The translations under genes were made by a program, and so were the position numbers. 64,000 nt of DNA from Octopus vulgaris (lineage: Eukaryota). Below are positions 1 through 12,188 of the stretch, in pieces; positions within the stretch are counted from its first letter, which is position 1; every line of letters begins with the position of its first letter. The notes under the pieces are model-generated. The model made no database searches. It saw only the letters and a list, made by a program, of their open reading frames with translations, and was not told the DNA's origin. The stretch lies in assembly GCA_951406725.2 (NCBI GenBank), contig OX597821.1, forward strand, positions 55,118,001-55,182,000, in the 5' to 3' direction.

Positions 1-129
1 TTGCCTTTACATGAGTTGTATTTTCATGAATTCTTCTATGAATGAAAATAAATTCAAATTGAACAAATTCAAATTCAATGCAACAAAAGAAGCAACAAAA
101 TTCACGAGATATATATGTGTGTGTGCATG

Positions 130-218
<89 letters not shown>

Positions 219-526
219 TGTGTGTGCGTGCGTGCTTAAAGGTGTATCCATAGCTCACAGATCATAGATGATAATTTTCAGTGATGTGCTGCATTTCTTG
301 AGATAACACACCAGATTGTATCGGGATATCCTGAATTAATTCCCACTAAAAATATACTTGGCTAGAAAATAATGCAGCGAAACTACTCTATACAAGCGTG
401 GTTACCCATATTCAACTGTTTTAAGGAAAGGAAAATTTGTGGTATTCATATGAACTTTCGCCTCCCAAAAGTAACAATGTGAAATAAATATACTTTAGAG
501 CTTCATCATAGAGACAAACCATTAGA

Positions 527-570
<44 letters not shown>

Positions 571-778
571 GTATGCATGTATGTATCAAGATAAACATAG
601 TACTCTCCATGACATAAATGACAACAGTTAAACTGATACAATTAACGTAATAATAATTGACATAATATTACAATATAATTTAGTAAAGAAGTGAGCAAAT
701 TGATGAATTACAAACATAACTGGATAACAAGGAATGTATCCATCACATTTGTTAATCACATATGTACAATAATAAAAG

Positions 779-938
779 AATCTGCTGCCATTGCACCAGC
801 AGTCAGCATGGGTATACTCCAGAATGTTATCTGTCTGCGTAGTCACAGAATGGACCAAAAATGACATCAAGTTCCTTGCGGACTTAGAATCTAATCGCTT
901 TATTGATAGGATAATCAAAAGAAGAACGCGAGTAGGCA
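779..938 (-). pseudogene. Decayed partial duplicate of the 5' part of the NPR-like exon
   Basis: Near-identical to about 2297-2472, same orientation, with a 16-nt deletion (ttgcaagaggtgctgc), several substitutions and no intact acceptor. Confidence 0.9.
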
Positions 939-1101
939 ATGCTTAACTAGTTGTGATTAAGTAATTGTTACCAAAGTAATTATTAAAATCTTAACTACCA
1001 AGATTTTTATAATTTCCAGTTCATATATATATATATGTGTGTGTGTGTATACATATATATATATATATTTGCATATATATATGTCCACATATATGTATGT
1101 A

Positions 1102-1147
<46 letters not shown>

Positions 1148-1281
1148 TGTATACATATAAATGTGACTCCCATCTTTTATTGTTGAAAATTTCAACATGA
1201 AACTCAGAAAACACAGTTATATGAACTGTGACATGTGTTTTTTAATATCTTACATCTGTATCGCTTTTCCTATTAATGTCA

Positions 1282-1339
<58 letters not shown>

Positions 1340-2008
1340 ACCATCTCTTCTTTGCAGAGAAGAAGCAATTCCAGCAAAGAGATTAACTATTTTCAGTAGT
1401 TAATTCCATCGCTGAAATCTCCATTGTTTGCTTTATCCTAATTCATGTAGTAAAGAGGAATAAAAGAATATAATTTCCCGTCTTTGTACGTCTGTAAATG
1501 TGTGTTTATATAGGTCATTAATACTACCATGTACAAATATATATACCGAGAGATAATCACTCGTTTTAAAACCAGCAGTAAATTTTTCAGTTTGAGGTTT
1601 TTTTTAATACACCCCCTTACATTTTCTTGATGTCTAAAAGAAACAGTTTCAATATCAGAGATTCTGAGTCCGCAATTTCTTATTTTTGTTGCTAAATGCC
1701 TTTCTTCAAATAACTAACTAGCAACTAAGAAAGTTTCGCTATCATTCGTGTAAGAATATTTACAGAATACTTTTAAAAATAGACACAGGAACGTTCCCAG
1801 AAAACAAACAGCAATACTCGGATCTGTGAACAAAGTAAGGATATTTTCACGAAATATTTGATGACCTGAAATATTTTTATGCATATTTTTCAAAATTTAT
1901 TAAACGTTTCTTTAAGAATGACCGTAGAGTCTTCAGCTGCTTCCAAAATCATGAACAATGAAAGATTGATTATAAAATGAATAACACTTTCAACAAATTT
2001 TGGCCTAC

Positions 2009-2480
2009 CTGCAACATTTACGCCAAGGACAGTTCCTAGTTCCGTTAGTAGATCCTCCGTTTTTTCAAATTTTTGGTACGGTGCCTTGAATTCGTCCTTC
2101 AAGCCATAATGGATGCTATCACTAGCAATATGACAGAATTTATCCTCGAAATATCCTTGTCCATATGGATCATATAATAGTTGGACAATGTTCCACTTAT
2201 ACTCACGCAGCATCGTCGAAAGGAATTGTGTCAAAGATACGAAGTTTGGTCCGATTCTTGTCAGTAATGGGTAATGCACTAATCTGTACCTTGCAAAATC
2301 TGCTGCCATTGCACCAGCAGTCAGCATGGGTATACTCCAGAATGTTATCTGTCTTGCAAGAGGTGCTGCTGCGTAGTCACAGAATGGGCCAAAAATGACA
2401 TCAAGTTCCTTGCGGACGTAGAATTTAATCGCTTCGTTAATAGGATAAACAAAAGAACAACGTGAGTTGGCATAGTTGAC
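2009..2480 (-). CDS. Internal coding exon, natriuretic peptide receptor / receptor guanylyl cyclase extracellular (ANF_receptor) domain
   Basis: Acceptor ttttcAG ends at 2481 and donor GTagg starts at 2008. The 472 nt (phase 0 to 1) read VNYANSRCSFVYPINEAIKFYVRKELDVIFGPFCDYAAAPLARQITFWSIPMLTAGAMAADF...YPLLTRIGP...KWNIVQLLYD...FC, matching the NPR motif GPxCxYAAAPxAR..W..PMLxAGA. Confidence 0.93.
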
Positions 2481-3844
2481 CTGAAAATATAGATGGAAAA
2501 TGGAGAAATTAAAGTTAGAACATCAGAAGAATTCTAAACGATTACTTGAACATTCATTGTTTGACTGAATGGTATCAATGAATCAATTTTTTTAACAAAT
2601 CACACCTGTCTAACAATAGCATCATTAGTTAATTGTTTTTAAAAAGCCTATCATTATTTCTCAGCATTTCTGATGACGCTAGCGACAAGGAAGTAATTAC
2701 AACTAGGCGCAGAACAAATGCGGTAAAGCACTTCGACGATCACCTATTTTTCGGTTTTGTCGCTGATGCTTATATCTTTCAACGAAATATTGAACTATAT
2801 GCATACATGTGTGCTGTGTATGTATGTCTATCTTCACTACTCTGTGGAGAGAGAGTGAGAGAGAGAGAGAGAGGCATATGTATATGTATATCGTAAATAA
2901 GTGGTCCAGCAAATAAATATAGTTATCGGTGAAGTATGTACTAGACTGAATTTAGAATCGGAGGCCGAAATCTGTGCCCAATTAAGGCCACAATCTAATT
3001 AAAGAAACTAACTGATAAATACACACACGTGTGTGAGTGTGTGCGCGTGCGTATTGTGGCGTACTTCTAATGAATTTCGTATTGTTGAACGTGGGGTTGT
3101 GATAAAACATACTTGCCCAAGATATCATGTATATGAGATTAAAACAAGTAACGATGTGGTTGTAAAGCGAACTGCTAAACGACACGACTATGCGTGTACC
3201 CTTCATCTGTTTAAGGGATAGATCCATCACTAATACATTCAAGTATACGTGTATCTTTAAATAACAATGGATGATGATTTCTTTATCATCATCTTACACT
3301 TTTTAAAGCTTAAAATAGCTACCGAAGACGAAATGGTTACAGTATCAAACACTAGTCTTTTGCTATTATGGGTGTATTAGGCACGTCATTTATTCCTGGA
3401 AATACCATCTCACTTATCGAACTCGTGGTTGATACCACGGACATCATACAATCACAAACGCTATATTCTCTTATCCTGAAGTATCCGAAACTTTGGATTT
3501 TTCAATCTTCTCGGGAGAACTGTTCGATGAAATCTATAATTTACTTCTACAACAACTATATATCATAAAACAGATCACCTGTTCGCCTATCCATAGGCGA
3601 ACAAGTGGTCAATTTTATGATATATAATTGTCAACAAGTGTCTCCAACGAAAACTACTGATGGAAATTCCACGGTCAATACGATATTTTTTATTGCTGTA
3701 AGTTTATATAGAGCCATAAAAGTTAGTGTTCCTTTATAATTTGTATATTATTCTCTATCTTCGCCTCTCACCTCTACTAACCACATGACAATTTAATATA
3801 ACGGCTGGAAATATCATCACTACTCTCTCTTACTCTCTCTCTCT

Positions 3845-4300
3845 CTCTCTCTCTATTTAAACTCACCGTCAGAACATCACCACACTGCTAAACATTCTAT
3901 TTCTAAATCTCGAGCTGGCAGAATCGTTACCTCGCCGAGTGAAATGCGTAGCCGTATTTCGTCTGCCGTTACGCTCTGAGTTCAAATTCCGCCGAGGTCG
4001 ACTTTGCCTTTTCATCCTTTCAGTGTCGATAAAGAAACTACCAGTTACGTACTGGAGTCGATGTAATCGACTTAATCCCTTTGTCTGTCTTTGTTTGTCC
4101 CCTCTATGTTTAGCCCCTTGTGGGCAATAAAGAAGTATATATCACTCACTTCAGGACAGATTTTTAAACACGTAATAACTATTACGTTCCCCTTATTACA
4201 CGTCGTTAACACCTCTCCCTTTCTCTCTCCTTCTTCGCGTTTCCCTTCGGCTAATGAGGTAATAGCAAAACGCATTTCGGCCTAAGCGTATTCATATATT
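3845..4300 (+). repeat. Unclassified interspersed repeat, copy 1 (interrupted by a SINE)
   Basis: Shares (CT)n-aacctcac..agaacatc..ctgctaaacatt and gcatttcggcctaagcgtatt with 5700-5985 and, inverted, with 18780-19000. Confidence 0.6.
3911..4137 (+). mobile_element. tRNA-derived SINE, family A
   Basis: gagctggcagaatcgtta head, B-box-like gagttcaaattcc, body gtcgactttgcctt..catcctt, tail tgtttgtcccctctatg..aataaagaa; multiple copies in the window. Confidence 0.85.
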
Positions 4301-5262
4301 GAATAGCAGTACGGTGGAAATTCCTCTGTAAATACATTTTTTTAGATGGTTGTAAGATTATGCAGAACTGTGAATATTAGTGTTCTTTTATAATTTGTAT
4401 ATTCTGCATTATTTACATTTAAAAACACCTTTCAGTTCTTCTGGATAAAGCTGTACTTGAAGGAGCATAACATTGCCATCCTGTCAGCTGTTCAGAGTTG
4501 CATTTTTAAATCTAAGAACTTTACAATGATTACAGAGAATATTCATGTCACCAATGTTATAACTTTCAACAATATGTTTGTAGGTACTCTCTCTCTCTCT
4601 CTCTCTCTCATTTTATATTCTATCTTGAACACGTTCCCTTATCTGTTGTAAATACTCACTCTATACTCTTTGATTCATATTTTCTCTTCTTCTACACAGT
4701 GATGCTCCCGTTCTTGTTCTTGTGATTCGAACCTCTGCTTCTCTTTACGACATTGCCCATACCGTCTCATTCTTTCTCTTGTTAGCTTATATCGTCTGTC
4801 ATCCATATTTTATAAGCAAATAACAATTTTCAAGCAGGAAGACGTTAAGTAATTGCACTTATGCACATGCGTTAGATAATGGGTAACATAAAAAAAAAAT
4901 TAATTCAATTTAAAACGGAGAGAAGTTGTTTGTCAGTCAACACATTTCATTTCATTTCGGTTCAGATGTTTTGCTATATCTTCTTTTCTTGTTATCAATG
5001 CAAAGTTCGAATTAAAGTTTTTCAAATTTAACATCTATGAGTATTTTGCTAAGCTATTTCACTTTCATTGAAAAATCTATCTTATATAATTTTCATTATA
5101 ATTTTCTTCTTTCTTCCACCCATCAAGATATCTGTCAATGTAAATACATAAATAAAGAGATCGACAGATAAATGATATAAAAATATGCATATGAATATCA
5201 AACTGTTAGTTTCTTGTTAGTGACAATAATATATCTAAAATCTCCTTCTGCTAAACACACGT

Positions 5263-5637
5263 CGTGGCACTTCGTCGATTACGGTGACGAGGGTTCCAGT
5301 TACTCCGATCAACGGAACAGCCTGCTCGTGAAAGTAACCTGCAAGTGGCTGAGCACTCCACAGAAACGTGTACCCTTAACGTAGTTTTCGGTGAGATTCA
5401 GAGTGACACAGTGTGTGACAAGGCTGGCCCTTTGAAACACAGGTACAACAGAAACAGGAAGAGTGAAAGTTGTGGTGAAAGAGTACAGCAAGGTTCGCCA
5501 CCAACCCCTGCTGGAGCCCCGTGAAGCTTTAGGTGTTTTTACTCAGTAAAGACTCACAACGCCCGGTCTGAGAATCGAAACCACGATCCCACAACCGTGA
5601 GTCCGCTGCCCTAACCACTGGGCCATTGTGCCTCCAC
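5263..5637 (-). mobile_element. tRNA-derived SINE, family B
   Basis: Head gtggaggcacaatggcccagtggttagggcagcggactc..gtttcgattc; 13-bp TSD gctaaacac(a/g)cgt at 5250-5262 and 5638-5650. Confidence 0.88.
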
Positions 5638-5699
5638 GCTAAACACGCGTGGGCGCGCGCACACACACACACACACACCCTATCTGCCTGTCTCTCTGT

Positions 5700-5985
5700 C
5701 TGTATGTTTCTCTCTCTCTCTCTCTCTCTCTTTGCCTTTTTTAAACCTCACAACTAGAACATCGACATTCTGCCAAACATTGTATTTCTAACTCACTTTC
5801 TCTCCTCTTCAACTAACTTTTTAACCACATAATAAATATTACGTTTCCCCCTACAGACACTTGTCTCTCCTTCTTTTTCTTTCTCCCTCATTTTCTTTCT
5901 ATCTCTTTCTCTCTTGCTCTTCGCTTTTCCCAGCAACTAATCACGTGACAGCGTAATGCATCTCGGCCTTAGCGTATTGATATAT
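5700..5985 (+). repeat. Unclassified interspersed repeat, copy 2
   Basis: Similar to 3845-4300 without the SINE insertion. Confidence 0.6.
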
Positions 5986-6464
5986 AGATTATTGCAACTA
6001 ATTTACAGAACCCAAGTTATATCTGATGAGGAATATTTCAACGCTTTATATTTCCTACTGTGATTCAAAATATAAGTTATTAAATTTTGTCAGACAGATA
6101 AATATTAAAAAGAAAGCTATATACTGAAATATACGATTCAAACAGAAACCATAAAATTCTGTGTTATTCTGTATCTTGCTACCTAACTATCGCCCATTCT
6201 GATAAAATTGATAGAAGTAATTCAAGAATAAAAGCAAACAGTGATAACGAGTTATTAGTTTAGAATTCTTATTCCACTATACGCATTCATCTGCTGCTTG
6301 TTCTGCTGTGGACACCAATCACATTCAGTACAACTCCAGACTACAAACAAAATTACACGTCAGTACAACCACAGGCTCGCTTCTTTTGCAGACAACTGCC
6401 GATAATTTTGATGGTGATGGTGGTGGTGATTACGATGACACGAAGATAATGTTAATCCTTTCTA

Positions 6465-6668
6465 TTGCGGGTTTAAGATCTGAAATTTTAGGAGAGGGGT
6501 AAGTTGATTACAACGACCTCAGTACTCGACTGGTATTTATTTCATCGACCCCGAAAGGATGACAGGAAAAGTTAACTTCAGCGGTATTTTTACTCAAAGC
6601 GTTAAAATGAACGAAATGTCTTTAAGTATTTTGTCAGACGCAGTAACGACTCTGCCAGCTCACCGTTT
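6465..6668 (-). mobile_element. Decayed SINE family A
   Basis: Reverse complement contains gagctggcagagtcgtta..catcctttcggggtcgat..taccag. Confidence 0.7.
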
Positions 6669-6759
6669 TAATAATGATAATTCGACTATAGGCACACGGC
6701 CTGAAACTTATGGGAAGAGGAAACAACTTCGCCTCCCATTCCAGGTTGAATAAGAGATG

Positions 6760-7889
6760 CGTTGATATCAAAATCGTTGAAAATAACGAAAATAAGGACT
6801 AGGTTGTGCGTGTCGGAAATCTTAGTTTCGCTCACGGCTAGTTGAGAAGTTGCGCTTGCTTTCAGGGTGATCCTAAGTCACTACCATTCATACAACCCAT
6901 TCTTAAACCTGCCTTGTTGACTGGAGGGAGTTTTGAAGAAAAAGTGGGGTGGGGGCTCTACTTACAGTTGATGTTGCTGTGAGTGAGTCTGAGCATTCTA
7001 TGCTTTTCATGTGTGTCTTGGTGTGGGATATGATGTTTTATATTTGTTTTGCGAGGAGGGGGTCTCTCCTCATTTTCATTGCCTGATGCAGAGCTATCAG
7101 TATCGAAACGGAGAGCAAGTCTGTGTATGAATTTAAGTTTAGATGAAATGGAGACGGGGGTGGGGGAGAGTTTCAATGAGAGAGCCTCTGGGTGTTGTTT
7201 GCGTCCATTATTATTATTATTCTTTCTGCTGTTGAAATTGTTGGTGATGCATCTGCAGCTGATGGTATTGGTGCTGCTGTTGTTGGTGTTCTTCCAGCAT
7301 TTGCTGGTTTTGCTGTTCCTGTTGTTAATACTGTAATACTGTTGTTAATGTTGCCGGAGTTGGTATCGCTTTCGTTGTTGTTGGTAGCTAGTTAGTTGTT
7401 GTAGATGTAGTACTCGGATGGTTTTACGGTTTTGTTTTTTCCGTTGGGAGCAGAAAGGTGGAACAATGGCTTTCTTCTCTCAACCGTGACATGCAAATAC
7501 TCCCGTCCTGGAAGGCGCATGAGGATCTTGTGGATTGTATCTGGTTTAATGTGGAACTGCACATTCACACTGACCCCAGACCTATTTTCACAACGGGCCT
7601 CTATACATTCAGGAAGCTGTTACTCCAACTCCAGTCCAAAACTATACACGTTAAAATCCATATCTGGTTTGGAGGGAGAATCGGAGATTGTAGTGAATTG
7701 TTTGACGTTCTTCTTTTCAATTCCTTCATTGTTACGGCTTTTAGAATTTACTCTTGGCATCATCGTAATTTTTTTTAATGTTGCCGTTTGTTGCTGCTGT
7801 GGGTGGAAGTGGTTCTAGCGGTGGTTTCTCTGGCTGTCTAACCTTTTGTTGTCTTTTCTATTTGTTAGCATAAGTGATGGTGCTTTGGC
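6760..7889 (-). mobile_element. Decayed L1/Tx1-like LINE 5' region (ORF1 remnant plus start of the AP endonuclease), interrupted by the Kolobok-like element
   Basis: Broken frames give TYANK, YLHVTVERRKPLFHL (VEGRxPxC-like), then RMGCMNGSDLGSP*KQAQLL..LAVSETKISD (APE N-terminus). The 5' UTR probably resumes after 13977. Confidence 0.55.
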
Positions 7890-8153
7890 TTAAAGTGTCC
7901 TGGAACCCATCATACAAAGTGGGTGTTGTTTTGTATGAATTTATATATAAATTCGATCGGTTGCATAATTACAAAGAATTACTTGTCGATAAACGAGAAA
8001 TCGGTCAAAAAGCGACTTCTCATTTTGCACCTTTGCAAAACCGAAAATGAGGCTAAAACCACTATACCGGATGTAATGTTACATAACATCATTGGCGCAA
8101 TTTTCCATGTGAGGACTTCTAGAATATTATCGTTTATTATGAGTTCCAGGACG

Positions 8154-8527
8154 ATGGGTAGAAAGTGTTTTGTGGCAGGGTGTAGTAATAATCCATTGGA
8201 TAGTGTTTCTGTGCCCGTTTTTCCTAAGGACGAGAAAGAGCTTGGAGCATGAACTCGGTTTGTGAAGCTCACAAGAGCAAAGTGGTCTGGAACTTCGCAG
8301 TACACTGTGGTTTGTTCAGAGCATTTTAATCCATACTGTTTTGAAGTGCAACAGTCGCTTATGAAAGAGTTCGGAATGAATAAGAAGAAACGTTTATCTC
8401 CCCATCCCCAGGATCCGTACTGTCTATTCATCTCAAAAGGAAACTGGAAGATCTCAAAGCGGCATTCTCATCGTCCCTCATCCCCACACCAGAACGCCCC
8501 ACTATTGTGAAAAGGGAAAGAAACTGG
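8154..8527 (+). pseudogene. THAP zinc-finger exon of the transposase, with premature stop
   Basis: MGRKCFVAGCSN..VFPKD..A*TRFVKLTRAKW..VVCSEHF: C2CH THAP signature with the conserved Trp changed to TGA at 8250-8252; GT donor at 8528. Confidence 0.85.
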
Positions 8528-9173
8528 GTATGTAATGTTTAATACCACTCGTGATAGTTGCATATAAATTCAGGACCACAAATTTCTATATTACATTAAA
8601 TAAATAAATAAATAAATAAATAAATTACGAAGATGTACTTGCATAGCAAGTGACCTGATCTGAGATCGTGTGCTGGAACGAAAACAATTGCAGCGTGGAA
8701 TGTGTTTATAAGCCATTTAAGAAACACGCAAAAACCGTTAGATTCACTTCAACATTTAAATTATTAAATAAATAAATAAATAAATTGTTAAATAAATAAA
8801 TAGATTTTTAAATAAACAAATAAACAAATAAATAGAAATTAAAACTTTGGGAGAATGTTTCAAAAAGTTTCCAGAGGCTAAATAGCCTAACGTCCGAGAC
8901 GTCCTGAATGTTCACTAGCCTATCTCAGGGTATCACTTCGTTTATGAATCAGCATATATAGCCGAGTTTTATGTTTTGGTATGTAATTAGAATGCTTGTC
9001 GGTGTATGTAAGATAGTTCTGTGTCTGTTGGTGTTCACAGTGAGAAATATGTACATGAGTAGTATTAATCCTAGATTTAAGTCATTGTTACTCTCTGTTC
9101 TTTTTATCACAAATAATATTCTGAATGTTGTGTATTACTCCGTTAGCGATGGCATTATTATAATTATCGTTCA

Positions 9174-9575
9174 GGCGGCGAGCTGGTAGAATAGTTAGCA
9201 CGCCGTGCGAAATGCATAGCCGTATTTCGTCTGCCGCTACGTTCTGAGTTCAAATTCCGCCGAGGTCGACTTTGCCTTTCATCCTTTCGGGGTCGATTAA
9301 ATAAGTACCAGTTACGCACTGGAGTCGATATAATCGACTTAATCCGTTTGTCTGTCCTTGTTTGTCCTCTCTGTGTTTAGCCCCTTGTAGGTAGTAGAGG
9401 AATAGGTATTTCGTCTGCCGCTACGTTCTGAGCTCAAATTCCGCCGAGATTATCTATGCCTTTTATCCTTTCGGGATCGATAAATTAAGTACCGGTCAAG
9501 TACTGGGGGGAGGGTCGATGTGATCGACTTACCCCCCCCCCCCAGCAAATTTCAGGCCATGTGCCTTTAGTAGAC
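9174..9575 (+). mobile_element. SINE family A with tandem partial duplication
   Basis: Full copy 9174-9404, then the body repeats (gtatttcgtctgccgctacgttctgag...) with a different 3' tail. Confidence 0.85.
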
Positions 9576-9969
9576 ATGACTATTATATTTTATTTCACAT
9601 TGACTGAATAACAATATCAGTTTTATTCTGCTGAAGCAGTTCCTGAACTGTTAACTAGTTTATTTTAGATTTGAAATCTCTTTTTAGGTGCTACCAGAAC
9701 TATTGAAAGTAAATGAGAAGGCTAATTATAGTGGATTAAAACTGTACAACATTGACACTTTGATAATTGTCGCGGCAAGCTTAATAGTCTAATTAAAGTA
9801 ATTAAATTGCGCAGATATTTTCCTGCTAGTCAACCTGGCGGGTGCAGCGGCATGTAAATTTCGTATCATCGATTTACATACACAGACATACTTTCAAATA
9901 ACTTGAGACCGAAGTATTCGATCATTTAATCAAGTTTGATTCACATTAGGAATATTTATATAACCATAC

Positions 9970-10195
9970 CAGTCAGTGTTTCCCTAATCTAGACTCATCT
10001 TCGTCATCATGGTCTGTGGCCTGTAATGAATCGGATTTTTCCAAATCTGATGCTTCTGGTTCAAATCGATATAGTACGATTTGTTGAATATCTTCATCGT
10101 TGGTATAGTCAAAAGATGACTCTTCAAAAAGACAAATGAAGATCGATATCCACTGAAGAAACGGACAACATGCACTCATCGCTTGTGTTAGCCAT
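9970..10195 (-). pseudogene. First exon of a KolX-like (P2X7 ballast/nanor-like) accessory gene, frameshifted
   Basis: caaaATGGCT start, acidic N-terminus, IVLYRFEPEA...SRLGNTDW (after removing one extra G), then a GT donor at 9969. Family assignment is from remembered motifs. Confidence 0.65.
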
Positions 10196-10381
10196 TTTGA
10201 AACTGATGCGTTGTGACGTCACGCGTCAATTTTTCTATTTAAGTTGTGTTGGTTGCTTTTGGGCAGTGCGAGAATTGTTAACTTTTAACAACGAATATCT
10301 CGAGTATATGATTAGAATTTTTTTGATTGATCGATTTTATTCATTTCAAAGTACAAAATATCACTAACATATATAATTTTT

Positions 10382-12188
10382 GTGGCGGACACCTCCCAGG
10401 TTATGTATAGTGACATCAAATCAGTTGTCCGGGGGAACGGTTTCTTCTTGAAACCGTTCGCGATCGAGCGTTCAGTTCGCCAGGGTTGCCCCCTGTCCCC
10501 GCTTCTGTATATATTGGCTCTTGAGCCATTATTGCGGAGGCTGGAGGCCGCGGGGGCGAACCACGTGATCTATGTTACGGTAGAGGAGCAACGGCGTACG
10601 TGGATGATGCAACCATAATCATGTCTGATGAAGAGCAACTACCTCGTGTAGAAGACACCATCAAAAGATACGAAGCGATGACAGGGCAAAAGTTAACCAA
10701 GATAAATCAGCCGGCTTACAACTCGGCACCTGGAGAGGCAAGTCGATGCCTCCCAACAGCGTCGTAGGACGTTGGACAGAGGGCTCGGTTAAACTGCTCG
10801 GAGTCTGGTTTGAACAAGATCTCCAGATGGAGAAAAACTGGAGCAAGGTCACAGGTAAGGTGACGGCCATAACCCAGACCTGGTCTGGGTTGACCTTATC
10901 CTTTCTAAGGAGGGTGTAGGTTGTATAGGTGTTATTAGCATCTGTGATTACCTACCGCTTAACCGTCGTGCCTTGCCCCGGTGTGTGGCTGATCAAGTTA
11001 GAACGGCTCCTATTCCGCTTTTTGTGGAAGGGAAACCACCACTAGTGGGGCGCCCCATCTGCTGCCAGAAACCGTTAAAGGGTGGGTTAGGGATGCCGTG
11101 ACTGATGAAGCGCAAATATGCGCTGAGGCTGAGACATCTCTGGCTCTACTAGAAGGTGAACAGGTGTGGTCACATCACGCTAAGTTCCTGTTTCCACAAT
11201 TAACGTCCCTGCGGGATGTAGGCTCATGGATCAATCGAAGACCTAGAATGGGCGAATAGCAGAGGGAGTGCAGACAAGCACTCACTCTGTTCTCTTGGGC
11301 GTATAGTGCCGGTAGCGGGACTACAACTGCGGATTTCTATAGCGGGTTGGTGGAGCACAAGTCTGACGACGTCCTGGGGTTGGCTCTAGGCTTCGATAGG
11401 GACCAGCTAATTAATTTGTTCGGAAGGACATTCGGGCCGGGGTATCTGGATAACTTCCAGAAATCACTGGTTTGGCTGTGCTATCGATCGGCCTTACAAG
11501 TTTGAGAGAGGTTGTCAAGGCACGGGTTTAATGTCCCCCGCTTACATGCCCGAGGTGTGGACGCGTGAGTGAAACTGTCACGCAGGTCTTCGTGCAATGT
11601 GTGGAATTGAGGGACTGATTACCTATGTCGAACAACTGCTGTCGGAGACAGAAAGAGTACAACTATCGGCTGAGTCCATTATCAAGGTCGTACCGCCTCC
11701 CACATTTAAGAAGGAAAGGGAGGCGTCCTTTTCCTGTGTAGTAGCCATGGAAGAGGAATTGAGACAAGCAACTTTATCTCTGGATGCGGGTTGATGAGTT
11801 ATTTCAACTACCACTTGCTAAGGAAGATCCGTCTGGAAAAAAAGTGCCTGTCACAAAGAGTATTCACGAAAAGATGGATGACTCTTGTAAGGATGCTGAG
11901 ATTAAATGAGACCGTGCTAGTGTAGCCGGTCAAGGCGAAAAAAAGAGAAAAAAGAAAATAAACTACAGAGGTGTTCCTCTGTAGTTTATTAAAAAAAAAA
12001 AGAAAACCAGCAGGTTAAATAAAAATCCCAAAGCTTATATTTTATTGTAATCATCTAATTTTTAAAATTCCATCCGATTTCATTATATTGATTTAATCAA
12101 TTTTTATCATGGTTGTAACCCCAGCCCTATGTTGTAACTGTCCTTGTTTGTCCTCTCTATGTATACCCCTATAGACAATAAAGAAATA
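10382..12188 (+). mobile_element. 5'-truncated L1/Tx1-clade LINE (RT C-terminal half, Cys-rich domain, 3' UTR), decayed
   Basis: SVRQGCPLSPLLYILALEPLLRRL, YVDD, TGAKVNQDKS-like, KLLGVWF, FRFLWKG and CPRC..SETVTQVFVQC across frameshifts; ends aataaagaaata. Confidence 0.9.

Noticed and set aside
1890-2008. C-terminal extension of the 145-aa ORF
   Set aside because: Read-through into the intron past the GT donor at 2008.
6020-6080. CTGATGAG motif
   Set aside because: No properly placed GAAA, helix III or helix I.
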